Below are positions 22,086-32,542 of a DNA stretch of 64,000 nucleotides, piece after piece. Source of the DNA: Phycisphaerae bacterium (GTDB lineage Bacteria > Planctomycetota > Phycisphaerae > UBA1845). Below the pieces are notes generated by a model, which ran no database searches, was not told the DNA's origin, and was given only the letters and a program-made list of their open reading frames with translations. The position numbers and the translations under genes were made by a program. Position 1 is the stretch's first letter. Each line of letters opens with the position of its first letter. The stretch spans positions 96,001-160,000 of the forward strand of contig CAXXGO010000005.1 in NCBI GenBank assembly GCA_963666835.2, in the 5' to 3' direction.

Positions 22086-23924
22086 TCAGACGCCGGTGGC
22101 GGTTCGGGCTTGTTCGGCCTCCAGGCCGGCCTGGTTTGCAGAAGCTTCGGCGGCGTCGGCGCTGGCGTCGGCCCGTTCCTTGGCACGCTTGGCGTCCTCA
22201 CGGAACATGCGGGCCTCCCGCCGGGCAATGTCGGCTTCAGCGCGGGCGATGGCCGTCTCGTCCCGGATACGTTCAATCTCCGCCAGGACGTCCTGGGCGC
22301 TCCGGCGAGCTTCGTCGACTTCCGCCCAGGCTCGTCGGATGTTCTCCAGCGTCGAATCGACCTGAGTCCATTGTCCGCTGATCTCAGAGCTCAAAACCGA
22401 GGCGATCCGGCGGATGCCGTTTTCGATTTCCGTGACCGCGTGTACGGCGGCGTCCGCTGTCGGCTCGGACGCCGGCGGTTCCGAAACTGCCGCAGGTTCT
22501 ACCTCGCCGGTGTTGGAGGCTTCCTCGACAGGTTCGGCCATTTCGGCTGCCGACGGCTCAATCTCGGGCTCAGGCTCAACATTGACAGCCTCGGGCTCTG
22601 GGATCGGTGAAGCGGGGGTTTCCGCCTGGGTGACCACGGCTTCAGCGGTCAGCCCTTCCGGGGCAGGTTCCGCCGCTTCCGCTTCGGCTTCGGGTTCCGC
22701 AGTTTGGGGCTCTTCGAGAGCGGCGGCATCATCAGCATGCCCGGCGAGGTCAGTTTCCGGGGCTGATGCGTCTGGTGACTCCGGACCTGCGTCCGCGGTC
22801 CCCGCGTCAGCGTTGCCGGACGCGGGCGAGGGTTGCGGTGTCTCGAGGGTTGGCTCAGGAGCGTTGGCGGCTTCCGTTGCCGGTTCGATATCCGTAGTCC
22901 GCGGTTCGTCGTCAGTTTGCGGGATCGAGTCCTCAGTAGGGACATCGACTGCCGCTTCCGCGATGTCGCCCGGAACCTGTTCGGTGAGCGTTCCGGCGTC
23001 CGCCGCCGCCGAAACGGACAGTTCCGATGGCTCGTCAATCTCGTCCTTCGGGGAGCTGTCCACTAGTTCATCACTTGTTGGCGCCGGGTTGTCGTCGAGG
23101 ACAGTTGCCGATGTCGTTGGATCCGGCGTCGAATCCTCGGCGGTTTCGGAGTCCGCCGGTGGCATCGCGGGCTCGGCGGCGGGGGCGATTGGCTCCGGTT
23201 CAGAGGGCTCCGGACCGCCCGAAGCCGTTGCGTTTGCTTCGATCGGGCTTTCTGTCGCGGCCTCAACCGATGTGGTTCCCGGAGCCGTTTCAGGTGTTTC
23301 TGATGAAGCGGTAGGTTCAGCCGGTGGGGGGGCTTCGTCGGTCTGTTGCTCCGTTTCAGCCTGGATGGATGATGTTTCCGCTTCTGCAGCGGGTGGCGAC
23401 TCGTCAACGACCTGGGAGACGAGGCCGGCGACCGCCGCCAGCTCGGCCTCGGCTGACGCAAGAGCCTCTTCGGCCGCGGTCGGAATGGATTCGGTCAGGG
23501 CCTCGGCCGCGGCGGATTCGGTCTCGCCGGATGGTGCGGTCGCTCCGGACTCCATCGCTTCCTGAACGATGTTCTCCGCCTCTTCGTTGACAATCGCCAT
23601 CATGATTTCCTCTCGTAGGTCGCGAAACTGCCGGTCTATCAACGCGATGGTCTCGGCGACAACCGGTCGACCAGCGTCGCTGAGGATCTGCCGAAGCTCA
23701 CAGACGTCCTCTGCTCGGTACTTACCCGCAGGGGCGCGAATGACCGAGTCTGGCGGCGATTCCAGACGCCGTTGGATCCGGCGGAGGAGTTCCAGTTCCT
23801 CGCGTAACCGGCGGACGTCATCTCGGTTAAGCACATTAACGGGGACGATGCTGCCGCCGCGGGGGACGGCGTACTGCCGGGGGAAGACCATCCCCTTCGG
23901 AGTTCGTCTCTTGAACAGTGACAC
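22086..23924 (-). CDS. Acidic, Ala/Pro/Glu-rich hypothetical protein with C-terminal coiled coil
   Basis: 612-aa ORF with ordered N-terminus, ~350-aa low-complexity middle and heptad-like C-terminus. Confidence 0.75.
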   Translation of the reverse strand: MSLFKRRTPKGMVFPRQYAVPRGGSIVPVNVLNRDDVRRLREELELLRRIQRRLESPPDSVIRAPAGKYRAEDVCELRQILSDAGRPVVAETIALIDRQFRDLREEIMMAIVNEEAENIVQEAMESGATAPSGETESAAAEALTESIPTAAEEALASAEAELAAVAGLVSQVVDESPPAAEAETSSIQAETEQQTDEAPPPAEPTASSETPETAPGTTSVEAATESPIEANATASGGPEPSEPEPIAPAAEPAMPPADSETAEDSTPDPTTSATVLDDNPAPTSDELVDSSPKDEIDEPSELSVSAAADAGTLTEQVPGDIAEAAVDVPTEDSIPQTDDEPRTTDIEPATEAANAPEPTLETPQPSPASGNADAGTADAGPESPDASAPETDLAGHADDAAALEEPQTAEPEAEAEAAEPAPEGLTAEAVVTQAETPASPIPEPEAVNVEPEPEIEPSAAEMAEPVEEASNTGEVEPAAVSEPPASEPTADAAVHAVTEIENGIRRIASVLSSEISGQWTQVDSTLENIRRAWAEVDEARRSAQDVLAEIERIRDETAIARAEADIARREARMFREDAKRAKERADASADAAEASANQAGLEAEQARTATGV

Positions 23925-24333
23925 CGCGCCGTCCCGTTATGCCAGCGCAGCCGTATTCTCCACGGCGGATGCCGCTACGGTTGCTTCGGTCCATGGGTAG
24001 TTCGGCGAACCGCGGGGGCCGCTCCACCATTGAACGTTGGCAGGGCTTCGCACCGACGAGGAAGCGATAGGGTTCGACCTTATCGGAGTCGCCGGAAGCG
24101 AAGAGGAGCTTCGCGGTCAGTTCTATGGCATGCTGCCGGCGTACCGTGCCGTCCGATAGGCGGCGGCCTATTCCCCCAGCCTGAAGGGCTGGAAGACAGT
24201 AGACGGGGGCAAGGCCGCGGAGCGGCCGCCGCCCCCGGGGTGGGGTTCTGATAATCCCAATCACCCTGACAGGGTGAAAGAGACGGCCAACCAGTGCTTA
24301 CAGGCAGCAATTGCGTGTCATAAGGCTGGCACA

Positions 24334-25899
24334 CTAAGCAAGATTGATCGGAGGTTGCGGGACGGGGGCGTCGAGCTTCAGAGGCAAATCAACGATGAAC
24401 GTGGCACCCTGCCCGACCTCGCTTTCCAAACTGATCGTACCGCCGAGGATGCGTACCAGTTCTTTGGTGATGGCCAAGCCCAATCCGGTACCCTCGTACT
24501 CGCGGGTCTTCGACGAGTCCAATTGCCGGAAGGACTCGAAAATCTCCTCGCGCAGCTCCGGAGCGATTCCCGGGCCGGTATCGCCAACGATCAGGCGTAC
24601 GGAATCACGTTTATTGTGCTCCACGGTCAACGAGACCGTTCCGCCGGTGGGCGTGAACTTGATCGCATTGCTCAGCAGGTTGTACAGGATCTGTCGGATC
24701 TTTCCTGAGTCGCTGTGGAAGCGCGGGCAGTTTCTGGCAAGGTGCAAGTCGAGCTGCTGGTTCCTCTTATCAGCGAGCGGCTGGAGGAAATCGATCAGGT
24801 CGCGGCAGAGTTGAACCACCGAGAACTCGGACATGTGGATTTCCACCTTGCCGGCCTCGATCTTGGCCAGGTCCAGCAGGTCGTTGATGATCTCGAGCAG
24901 ATTGCGGCCGCTGATCAGGATGTTCTCCGAATAACGGCCCAGGCGCTGCCGGTCTATGTCCGGATTCTCCGAAGCGTCGCGCAGCAGTTCGGCGAACCCA
25001 ATGATCGACACCAACGGGGTGCGAAGTTCGTGGGTGACGTTGGCAAGGAACCGGCTCTTGAGCTGGTTGGACTCATAGAGCGTAACATTGGTCTCGGCCA
25101 GCTCGCCCAATCGAATGTCCAATGACCGGTTGGTCTTCAGTAGCTCCTCCTGAGCGGCTTTGAGGTGCGCCAGCATGTCGTTGAATGCCACCGAGAGATC
25201 CTGAAACTCGTCCCCGCTGGCGATTGACGATCTCACGTCGATGTCACCGGTGGTCACTTGCTCCGCCACCCGCCGCAGCAGGGTAACGGGCGAGAGCACC
25301 AACCGCTGGGTGACGAGATAGAACACGATGATGGCCAGCACCGCTCCGCTGGCCCCGGCCAGCACCGTTACTACGGAGTTCCACGTGCCCTCCGTACTAG
25401 TGATCGGCAGATGCACATCGGCTATTCCCCGGAGCACGTGAGGGTGGGCGTCAGACTCCGTTCCGCGAACGGCCATCGCCAGGCGGAACGTCCGCCCGTC
25501 ATCCTGGATCCGCCAGAAGTAAGACTGTTCGGGATCTTCGCGGAACCGCTCCACGGCATCGGCATGGAACCCGCCGCCGCCCCGATCGGCCGGGACGAGT
25601 CTCGGGGGTTCGGCGGGCGCCCCGTAGTTCTGCACGAGCAGGGGCCATTTCCGGTCGAGTTCCGCTTGCAGTTTGCCCCAATCGGGCTCCTGGAGGTCGA
25701 CCGCCTGTGCCGCAATAGACGCGGACCATCGGGCTTGGGTCAGCAGGGCCTCCTGGTTGAGGTTGGTCATGTGCAGCCACGGGAAGGCGAGCGTTACGCT
25801 GATGGTCAGCAATACCGCCGTGCCGAACAGTACGCTGACCTTCCGAGCCAGCGAGGTTTTCATCCACCGTCGTTGCCGCATGGCGACAGTGTACCGCAA
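24334..25899 (-). CDS. HAMP-domain sensor histidine kinase
   Basis: 2 TMs, HAMP, FLANVTHELRTPL, NLLSNAIKFT, GTGLGL; start may be 25863. Confidence 0.95.
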   Translation of the reverse strand: MRYTVAMRQRRWMKTSLARKVSVLFGTAVLLTISVTLAFPWLHMTNLNQEALLTQARWSASIAAQAVDLQEPDWGKLQAELDRKWPLLVQNYGAPAEPPRLVPADRGGGGFHADAVERFREDPEQSYFWRIQDDGRTFRLAMAVRGTESDAHPHVLRGIADVHLPITSTEGTWNSVVTVLAGASGAVLAIIVFYLVTQRLVLSPVTLLRRVAEQVTTGDIDVRSSIASGDEFQDLSVAFNDMLAHLKAAQEELLKTNRSLDIRLGELAETNVTLYESNQLKSRFLANVTHELRTPLVSIIGFAELLRDASENPDIDRQRLGRYSENILISGRNLLEIINDLLDLAKIEAGKVEIHMSEFSVVQLCRDLIDFLQPLADKRNQQLDLHLARNCPRFHSDSGKIRQILYNLLSNAIKFTPTGGTVSLTVEHNKRDSVRLIVGDTGPGIAPELREEIFESFRQLDSSKTREYEGTGLGLAITKELVRILGGTISLESEVGQGATFIVDLPLKLDAPVPQPPINLA

Positions 25900-26177
25900 T
25901 CGTGGCTAGTTGTTGAACGGGTGGGAACCGGGCTGGCGGAGCGACGGTTCGCTGTCGTGTTGCGGGCACTCGCGTAGCGCAGGTATCCTGCCTGCTTCCC
26001 CGTTTCCAGACGCGCCGGGCTCCTCGACCTTCGCAAGGACGGGAGGGGGGGAACGCGACGGCGTTCCTCGAAGCAGCGTTATGTTCGTTTTCGCCGGGGA
26101 CGGGCGTGCGACGCCGTTTGAGCGCTCGTCGCGCGGTTGACAGGAATGTGGAACGGAATACACTCCGATCGGATTGA

Positions 26178-26251
26178 GTCCCCGTGGCACAATTGGATAG
26201 CGCGTCGGCCTCCGAAGCCGAAGGTTTCAGGTTCGAACCCTGACGGGGACG
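26178..26251 (+). tRNA. tRNA-Arg(CCG)
   Basis: GTCCCCG/CGGGGAC acceptor stem, anticodon arm tcggc-ctCCGaa-gccga, GTTCGAA T-loop. Confidence 0.95.
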
Positions 26252-26527
26252 TTTTCAAGAGCCGCACACCAGCCCCCCAGAGCGGGGGACACCGGTTTCC
26301 ACAAACTCATCCTGAGTTTGCGAGAGTACCTCGACCATCCCGCATCGACCAGTGTGTTGCAGTAGTACTGGATTCAGGTTGCAGGGGTGAGCCGCGCCCG
26401 GTAGGCTGACAGCTTGTCTTCTGCGCGGGGCCACTGCGCTTCGGGATGCCTGACGGTTCCTTGGGGCATCTTGCCGGGGCGAGCTGCGGCGGGCACGTCG
26501 GTGTTCGTTGATGTGCGTGGAGTTTCA

Positions 26528-27775
26528 ATGGGCACGGAGTCGGGCCGAGGTGGGATGATGCGACATCGGTTTCAGGTGCGTCGGTACCTTGCCCGGATAG
26601 TGTGGACGGCGTGCGGGCTGATCCTCCTGATGTCGGCCGTCGGCATTTGTACCAACTTCGCCTATGTCAATTGGGATGGGACTCACGGTGCGGGTCTCTC
26701 GGGTGGCGCGTGCTGGGCAGCGTGGAGGCACCCGACAATCGGCAGTAGCGGCTTGCGATGCTTGGGATCCTCGCTCTGGTACATTATTGAAAACGACGAG
26801 GTTCTTCGTTTGGGTTTCCCGGCATCAGAGTGGTATTCGCCGCCCGCCTGCCGAAAGTCCCGGGTTGACTGCCCGGGGTATGCGATTCTGCCGTTATCGC
26901 TGCCGCTCTTCATTCTTCTATGTCCGCTGGTATTCGTACATTGGCGCGGGTGGCGCAAGCGACATCATCCGTGCGAACTGAAGCAGTCGTTTGGCCGTTG
27001 CGTCGGACGTGTCGTCGGTCCGATCGATCGCCTTTACCGCGAATCATCGCGCCCTCGGGTCGTGCTGACGACTCGAATGCTGTCCTTTGTTTTCGCTCTG
27101 GCTCTTGTAGGATTGTGGCTGCAGAGCTACCGCGGCTTCGGAACGAAGAACGGTATTGTCATCTGCGGTATGGATTTCGTTTGCGACGTCCACCGAGGCT
27201 GGTTGCAGTTCAGTTACCAACAGACGGGCTGGACACCGTTCTGCCAAAGAAGCTCTATTTTCCTCGCAGATGTCGGCTACTCGTGGCGTTTCTACGCACG
27301 GGATTGCCTCTCCGTACGGTTTCCCCTTGGCATACTAATACTGCTTTCGCTGGCCGTCGCTGCTTATCCGCTGATTCCTCCGTTCCGCATGTTGTCCAGG
27401 AAACGCCGTGGATTGTGCGTTGGGTGCGGGTACAACCTCATGGGAAACACGAGCGGGCGGTGTTCTGAATGTGGCCGGCGCATACCGGCAGCGCTTGACG
27501 ATGCCAAAATGGTCCGGTGCGAGACCCCAAAGTGGATTCGCATCGGAGTCACGGTGCTCGTCTTCCCATGTGCGTTCGCGGTTGGAGTGTGGCTGGTGAG
27601 TCTGGCTGGTGCATTGCTGGAGGCGCTGGGGCTCCTTCGTGCAATCCCGGAAGAACCGCGAATCGCGATAGTCATGCTCTTTCTGTTGTTATTCGCTTAC
27701 GTACTGTCTCGATTCGTCTATTCCGTGCTTCGGTGGACGCTTGTCGAGGACTTCGAGGCCGTAGGTGAGCGCTGA
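26528..27775 (+). CDS. Multi-pass membrane protein with CxxCGYxLxG zinc ribbon
   Basis: CVGCGYNLMGNTSGRCSECG plus several TMs; start uncertain. Confidence 0.75.
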   Translation: MGTESGRGGMMRHRFQVRRYLARIVWTACGLILLMSAVGICTNFAYVNWDGTHGAGLSGGACWAAWRHPTIGSSGLRCLGSSLWYIIENDEVLRLGFPASEWYSPPACRKSRVDCPGYAILPLSLPLFILLCPLVFVHWRGWRKRHHPCELKQSFGRCVGRVVGPIDRLYRESSRPRVVLTTRMLSFVFALALVGLWLQSYRGFGTKNGIVICGMDFVCDVHRGWLQFSYQQTGWTPFCQRSSIFLADVGYSWRFYARDCLSVRFPLGILILLSLAVAAYPLIPPFRMLSRKRRGLCVGCGYNLMGNTSGRCSECGRRIPAALDDAKMVRCETPKWIRIGVTVLVFPCAFAVGVWLVSLAGALLEALGLLRAIPEEPRIAIVMLFLLLFAYVLSRFVYSVLRWTLVEDFEAVGER

Positions 27776-27981
27776 TGGGTGGCGCTGAGCTGCTAACATG
27801 CTGTCGAGCCAGCCGTCCTACACTTGCGCTGGCGTCAATAGCGCAGGTCTGTGCTACGATGCCCACGGGTCTTGTTGCGATGCGTTGGTTGTCAGGTGCG
27901 ATCGACCGAGGCGGAGTATCACCAGCCACCCAAAGAGGTTCTGGGACAAGTTCTAGTGGATTGGTTGCGAGGTGAAGAGGA

Positions 27982-28356
27982 ATGTGCAGACGACCATGGT
28001 CCTGGGTTGCGGCCGCGCTTTGCGTGTGCGTGCAGGGCTGCCAGACCTCTCAGAACGAGGGCGAAGGGATTACGAAGGCAGAATTGCGGGAGTTCGAAAG
28101 CTATCTGCTCGACATTCGCAGGACGTCCCCGCCTGATTTCGCCCCCAAAGACTTCCGGGAGTTCATTGCTTATCTCGTTGGGTTCGGCACTGGTATTCCG
28201 GATGAGAAGGAGGAGTACGAGGATGCCTGGGGGCGCCGGTATCTTCTCTTCATCACCAGCGACTACCCGGAGAAGGGTTACCTCATCAACTCTGCCGGTG
28301 AAGACGGCGTGCATGGCACTTGCGATGATCTGAGCGTGCTTGTCGAGTTTCGCTGA
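27982..28356 (+). CDS. Putative lipoprotein with GspG-like C-terminal motif
   Basis: CVQGC lipobox; DAWGRRY...INSAGEDGVHGTCDD. Confidence 0.65.
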   Translation: MCRRPWSWVAAALCVCVQGCQTSQNEGEGITKAELREFESYLLDIRRTSPPDFAPKDFREFIAYLVGFGTGIPDEKEEYEDAWGRRYLLFITSDYPEKGYLINSAGEDGVHGTCDDLSVLVEFR

Positions 28357-28503
28357 GATTGGTCGGTCCGGTCATAACCCGAGGCTTGGGGTGTCTTGCT
28401 GTGGTATGTACGCGTCGACGGGAGCCGGCACTGTGCTTGATTCGCTGCGTGCGTACTTTGTGAAACGGCCAATACGCAATGACCCACGGAAGGAGGAATC
28501 CTC

Positions 28504-29148
28504 ATGGATGATCTTAGAAGGGGTAAGGCGGAGAGTCTGCTCTTGGCGTTTGTTTTGGTCGCTGCGTTTCACGCGGTGCCGGCGTGGGTGTTAGAGTTTC
28601 TGCCGGCTCGGCGGCTCTACGAGGACCTCGGGAGGAACGGATACGCGACGCTCTACGATGCTTTAACCTGTCCGTTGCCATTATTGCTATGCCTGGGGGC
28701 GGCGCATCGGTCCGGGTTGAGACTCGGCCGCTGGCGAGGGCACGCGTTGAAGGTCCTGAGTATATGCGTGCTGCCGGTCGTGCTGACGGCCATTGTCTAT
28801 CCGTTTACTTCCCGCCCGTTCAGCGGCGGCCGCATCGGTTCTTGGCTGATATCCCCGGCGGCGCAGGATCTACTCTTCGCGGGATACCTTTACGGACTAT
28901 TCGGCATCACATTCCCGGGGACAATCCACAAGCGTTTCCGTGTGGAATGGGCCGTGCTCGTGACGGCGGTTTTCTTTGCCCTGTGGCATGTTCCAAACTT
29001 CTGGGGGATGTCGGCATCCTACGTTTGCTTTCAGCTTGTCTATACGCTGGTGGGCGGAGCCTGGGTGATGCTGGCGAGGCAGTTGACGGGGAGCGTTATT
29101 CCGGGGCTTTTGGTCCACATGGCCTGCAACCTCATCTCGTGGCTGTGA
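28504..29148 (+). CDS. CPBP-family membrane protein (EE motif replaced by QD)
   Basis: AGGAGG RBS; AQDLLFAG, FALWH, HMACN. Confidence 0.8.
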   Translation: MDDLRRGKAESLLLAFVLVAAFHAVPAWVLEFLPARRLYEDLGRNGYATLYDALTCPLPLLLCLGAAHRSGLRLGRWRGHALKVLSICVLPVVLTAIVYPFTSRPFSGGRIGSWLISPAAQDLLFAGYLYGLFGITFPGTIHKRFRVEWAVLVTAVFFALWHVPNFWGMSASYVCFQLVYTLVGGAWVMLARQLTGSVIPGLLVHMACNLISWL

Positions 29149-29270
29149 TCGCCCGAAGCGCCCGCTCGGCCGTGCCCGATAATCGGAGACGGTGCCGGCG
29201 GTGATGGGCGTGGAATACCGGACCTTTAATCAGGGTAAAGCCCCTATGATGGGTGGTCGATGCAACCAAC

Positions 29271-29603
29271 ATGTCGGAAGAATACACAGGACCGGACCGC
29301 CGCTCGAAGCGCCCCGAAAGACGCGGTGCTACGGAGCGTCGTTCGGGGATGGATCGGCGGCGGGGGCCGGGGCGACGCAGGGGCGAGGTTCGCAAGGCCG
29401 CCGAAGAGGGCGAAATATCGGGCGAGCTGCTCGAGTTCATCATGGCCATTGACGAATACAAGCGCGTGAACGATCGCCCGTTCCCGTCCTGGTCCGAGGT
29501 CTTCGAGATCGTGCAATACCTCGGCTATCGCAAGGTGGCGGAACAAGCCGGGCACATCAACACGGCCAGCGGCTCGGAAGTGCTGGACGGCACGCCGGTG
29601 TAG
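29271..29603 (+). CDS. Hypothetical protein with (D/E)RR repeats
   Basis: DRR/ERR repeats then EFIMAIDEYKRVNDRPFPSWSEVFEIVQYLGYRK. Confidence 0.75.
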   Translation: MSEEYTGPDRRSKRPERRGATERRSGMDRRRGPGRRRGEVRKAAEEGEISGELLEFIMAIDEYKRVNDRPFPSWSEVFEIVQYLGYRKVAEQAGHINTASGSEVLDGTPV

Positions 29604-29606
29604 AGT

Positions 29607-29733
29607 AAAAAGGGGTCGGGAGTCTTTTTTGGGCTCCCATCCGCCTCGCACGGCGCAACTTACGCGCAAACACCGCAGACCAACGCGAAGACAGGGAGGG
29701 GAATAGGAGCGAAAAGACTCCCGACCCCTTTTT
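29607..29733. repeat. ~127-bp MITE/REPIN-like element, copy 3
   Basis: Same terminal inverted repeats and spacer; fills the gap between two convergent stop codons. Confidence 0.9.
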
Positions 29734-30956
29734 CACTCAAATGCGTCGATCAGTTCCAGTCCCGACGTAGGGGGCAGCGGCAATGAGTCCGGCTTAGATG
29801 AGTCGAACCGCCGCTTCGTCACATTGGCGATGCACCGAACCGTGCCGCCGTGCACGAAGATCTTTGAAGCATCAATCCTGCGAACCTCAAACCCTTCCAT
29901 GCAATAGACCGCTTCGGCCATATCGTCGAGCGGTGGAATCCCGTAGAAAGGCATGTACACGATTCGGTGATGCCCGCGCTGCTCAATAAGCACATTGTCG
30001 TAGGTCAGCACCCAATTTTCGGATTGGTTGAAGACAACCGGCAACCGGAGTACGCGGTAACCTTCGGCTTCTAATCCGTCGGTAATATGATCGAGCTGAG
30101 GTTCGACAATATCGGTGGAGCAGGCACTTTCGAACAGACGCGCGTATTCGGCCTGCGCGACGGGGTCGTCACCCGCATCCCAAAGGAGCTGTTCGGCCAA
30201 CTGCTGACTCGCAACCAGGATGGTATCGTCGCTGATTGGTGTCAGGAACATGTCCACGTGTTCCCAGGGCGATGACCCTAGTTGATCTTCGACAACAAAA
30301 CACTCTCGACCCAGAACGCGGCTCAGTTCCCGCAGAACGAAATCTCTTGGTGCCAGCGAGTTGTCTTCGAAGACCGCCGAACTAACGAACACGTGGCGCT
30401 GATTCGAAACGACATTGCCCCCATCCAAGCGAAGCCAGGTTGTCAGCGGCATCAGATCGAGCTGGGCCTCACGAAGGACCCAGTAGGCGATGATCTCACT
30501 GGCCTGATAGTCCCAATGAACATCCCAGGCCGCGGGCACGAAGCTCGGTGCTCGATCGCCACTGCTCGGATCGTGTCGGGCTATACTGCGGTCGCGGGCC
30601 CAGGCGGATACGTCGATGCCGACGTTGATAACCTGGATCTTTCGGTCCGGGCCCATCCGGCCCCACGTATCGACGAAATGGCTGGCCGCTTCGTGCGACG
30701 GGCACAGGACCCGGACCAGGACGTCAGGTGGAAGTGCCCGGAGCAAATCCTCGTAGACCGGGTCAAGCTCTTCTTCCAGGATTGGGTCGTAATTGACCGT
30801 GATCTCCGAAATGGTCCCTTCGGTATCGGGCAAGACCGCGACTTGGCTTTCAGGCGAAACACCGTTCTGGTCGATCGTCGTTGCAGTGGGAAGCACCAAA
30901 GCCGCGAGCAACACCGGCAGAGTGAGGTACCTGTTCGGGAAAGAGGCTGGGTTCAT
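29733..30956 (-). CDS. Secreted agmatine deiminase/PPAD-family (pentein) protein
   Basis: WARD, LDGGN, HVDMF, GGTVRC; signal peptide. Confidence 0.8.
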   Translation of the reverse strand: MNPASFPNRYLTLPVLLAALVLPTATTIDQNGVSPESQVAVLPDTEGTISEITVNYDPILEEELDPVYEDLLRALPPDVLVRVLCPSHEAASHFVDTWGRMGPDRKIQVINVGIDVSAWARDRSIARHDPSSGDRAPSFVPAAWDVHWDYQASEIIAYWVLREAQLDLMPLTTWLRLDGGNVVSNQRHVFVSSAVFEDNSLAPRDFVLRELSRVLGRECFVVEDQLGSSPWEHVDMFLTPISDDTILVASQQLAEQLLWDAGDDPVAQAEYARLFESACSTDIVEPQLDHITDGLEAEGYRVLRLPVVFNQSENWVLTYDNVLIEQRGHHRIVYMPFYGIPPLDDMAEAVYCMEGFEVRRIDASKIFVHGGTVRCIANVTKRRFDSSKPDSLPLPPTSGLELIDAFE

Positions 30957-31053
30957 TGCTGCCGGTTGTCTCCATGATCACTTTGAGCGACAAGTGTCTC
31001 CGATCAACATGAAAACAACGTGAAATTGACATGAAGTTCTCTCAATCCCCACG

Positions 31054-31150
31054 AAAAAGGGGTCGGGAGTCTTTTCCCGGGATACATCCGCCTGGTACAG
31101 AGAAACTAGCACACAAATATCGCAGATCAACACGCGAACAGAGGAGAATG
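31054..31150. repeat. Truncated MITE/REPIN-like element, copy 4 (one terminal repeat plus spacer)
   Basis: AAAAAGGGGTCGGGAGTCTTTT then a spacer similar to the other copies; second terminal repeat missing. Confidence 0.8.
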
Positions 31151-31153
31151 GCC

Positions 31154-31229
31154 GGGTGGCACGCTCCACGCTCGTGTGGGCATGCTCGGCTGGGTGGCAT
31201 GTTCCACGCTTGTGTGGGCATGCTCGGCA
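31154..31229. repeat. 38-bp tandem repeat x2 (palindromic, REP-like)
   Basis: gggtggcacgctccacgctcgtgtgggcatgctcggct / gggtggcatgttccacgcttgtgtgggcatgctcggca. Confidence 0.8.
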
Positions 31230-32542
31230 GTTGGCGCCAGCTCCATCCCCAGCCCCCGAGTTCCGTCGACACCACCGATTTCCATTACGACAAGGCCGGG
31301 AACGTGATCCTCGATGACAAACGTTTCTACAAATACGACGCCTGGAACCGGGTCGCACGCGTCAGCGAACGAGGCACCCTGGCCGTGAGCGGCGACACCT
31401 TCACCGGCGCTGTCGGCGATCTTCTCAGCATTTTCTTCTACGACGCCCTCGGCCGGCGGATCAACAAGAGGGTGTACAACTCCGAAGCCCTCAACACGAC
31501 CGGCTACGGCGACTACTTCTACTACGACGGCCACCGCGTGCTGGAGCACCGTAAGACCAACGCGAGCGACACGGCCGTCGAGCCGCATCGCCGGTACGTG
31601 TACGGGTTGGATTATATCGATGAGGTGGTGGCGTATTACGACACCGGTGCCGCCGATCCGGACCCGCATTTCGTGCTGCAGGACGCCAACTACGACGTCG
31701 TGGGCGTGACCGATCACACCGGAATCCTGGAGCAGCAATATTCGTACGCCCCGTACGGAGCGTATCAGCACATCGAGGACGGATCCGGCAACGCAGAAGG
31801 CAACGGCCCTGCCGATCTAACCGAGCTGCTGATCCCCCTCGGCCGCAACGGCCTGTTCCTTGACCGCGAAACCGGCCTCTACTATAACCGCGCCCGCTAT
31901 TACGATCCCCTGCTAAGCCGCTTCCTGCAGGCGGATCCGAACGGGACGGGGTTGGTGCTGCAGGTGGCGCGTGCGCAGAGAGCGCGGAATCGAAGTATTG
32001 GATTGCTGGTCGACGCCAGACGTCAGTATGACGACGGAATCGGGATATACCAGTATGCGCAGAGCAGGCCGACGATCTGGAGCGATCCATATGGCGAAAG
32101 GACTTTCACATATGAGCTCAACAGCCCACAGACACCAGCTGGCCTCAGTTTATACGGTCGACTAGAAGTGACTAAGGAGAGCTGTTGCGCGGAGGCTGCT
32201 GTCTTTGTCGCCGCAGAATGGCAGCCCCCTGGGCTGCATTATGTTAAAAAGCCCCTGAACTGGATGAACGTGCATTTGGAGTTCGGCGCGCGTGGGGGCG
32301 TCAAGGGTTCTGTGCGGGCCTGCGCATCCGGCTGTGTCAGGGACATCAAACTATGTGGGCGTTACGAAGTCTTCGGTCGTGTCGACTACCGAAGGAAGGG
32401 CGTCAGAGAAGACTGGGGGCGTGGGCGGTTTACACGAATGCGATTCGGTGTCGGGGCAGATGGAGGAGGCGAGATCTGCTATAACCTATGCAATGGCGCC
32501 GTGACGGCTAGCGGACAGATATCGTGGTGGGCTTACGCACAT

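Noticed and set aside
31031..31245. N-terminus of the 513-aa Rhs ORF
   Set aside because: It is translated repeat DNA (MITE plus 38-bp tandem), not Rhs sequence
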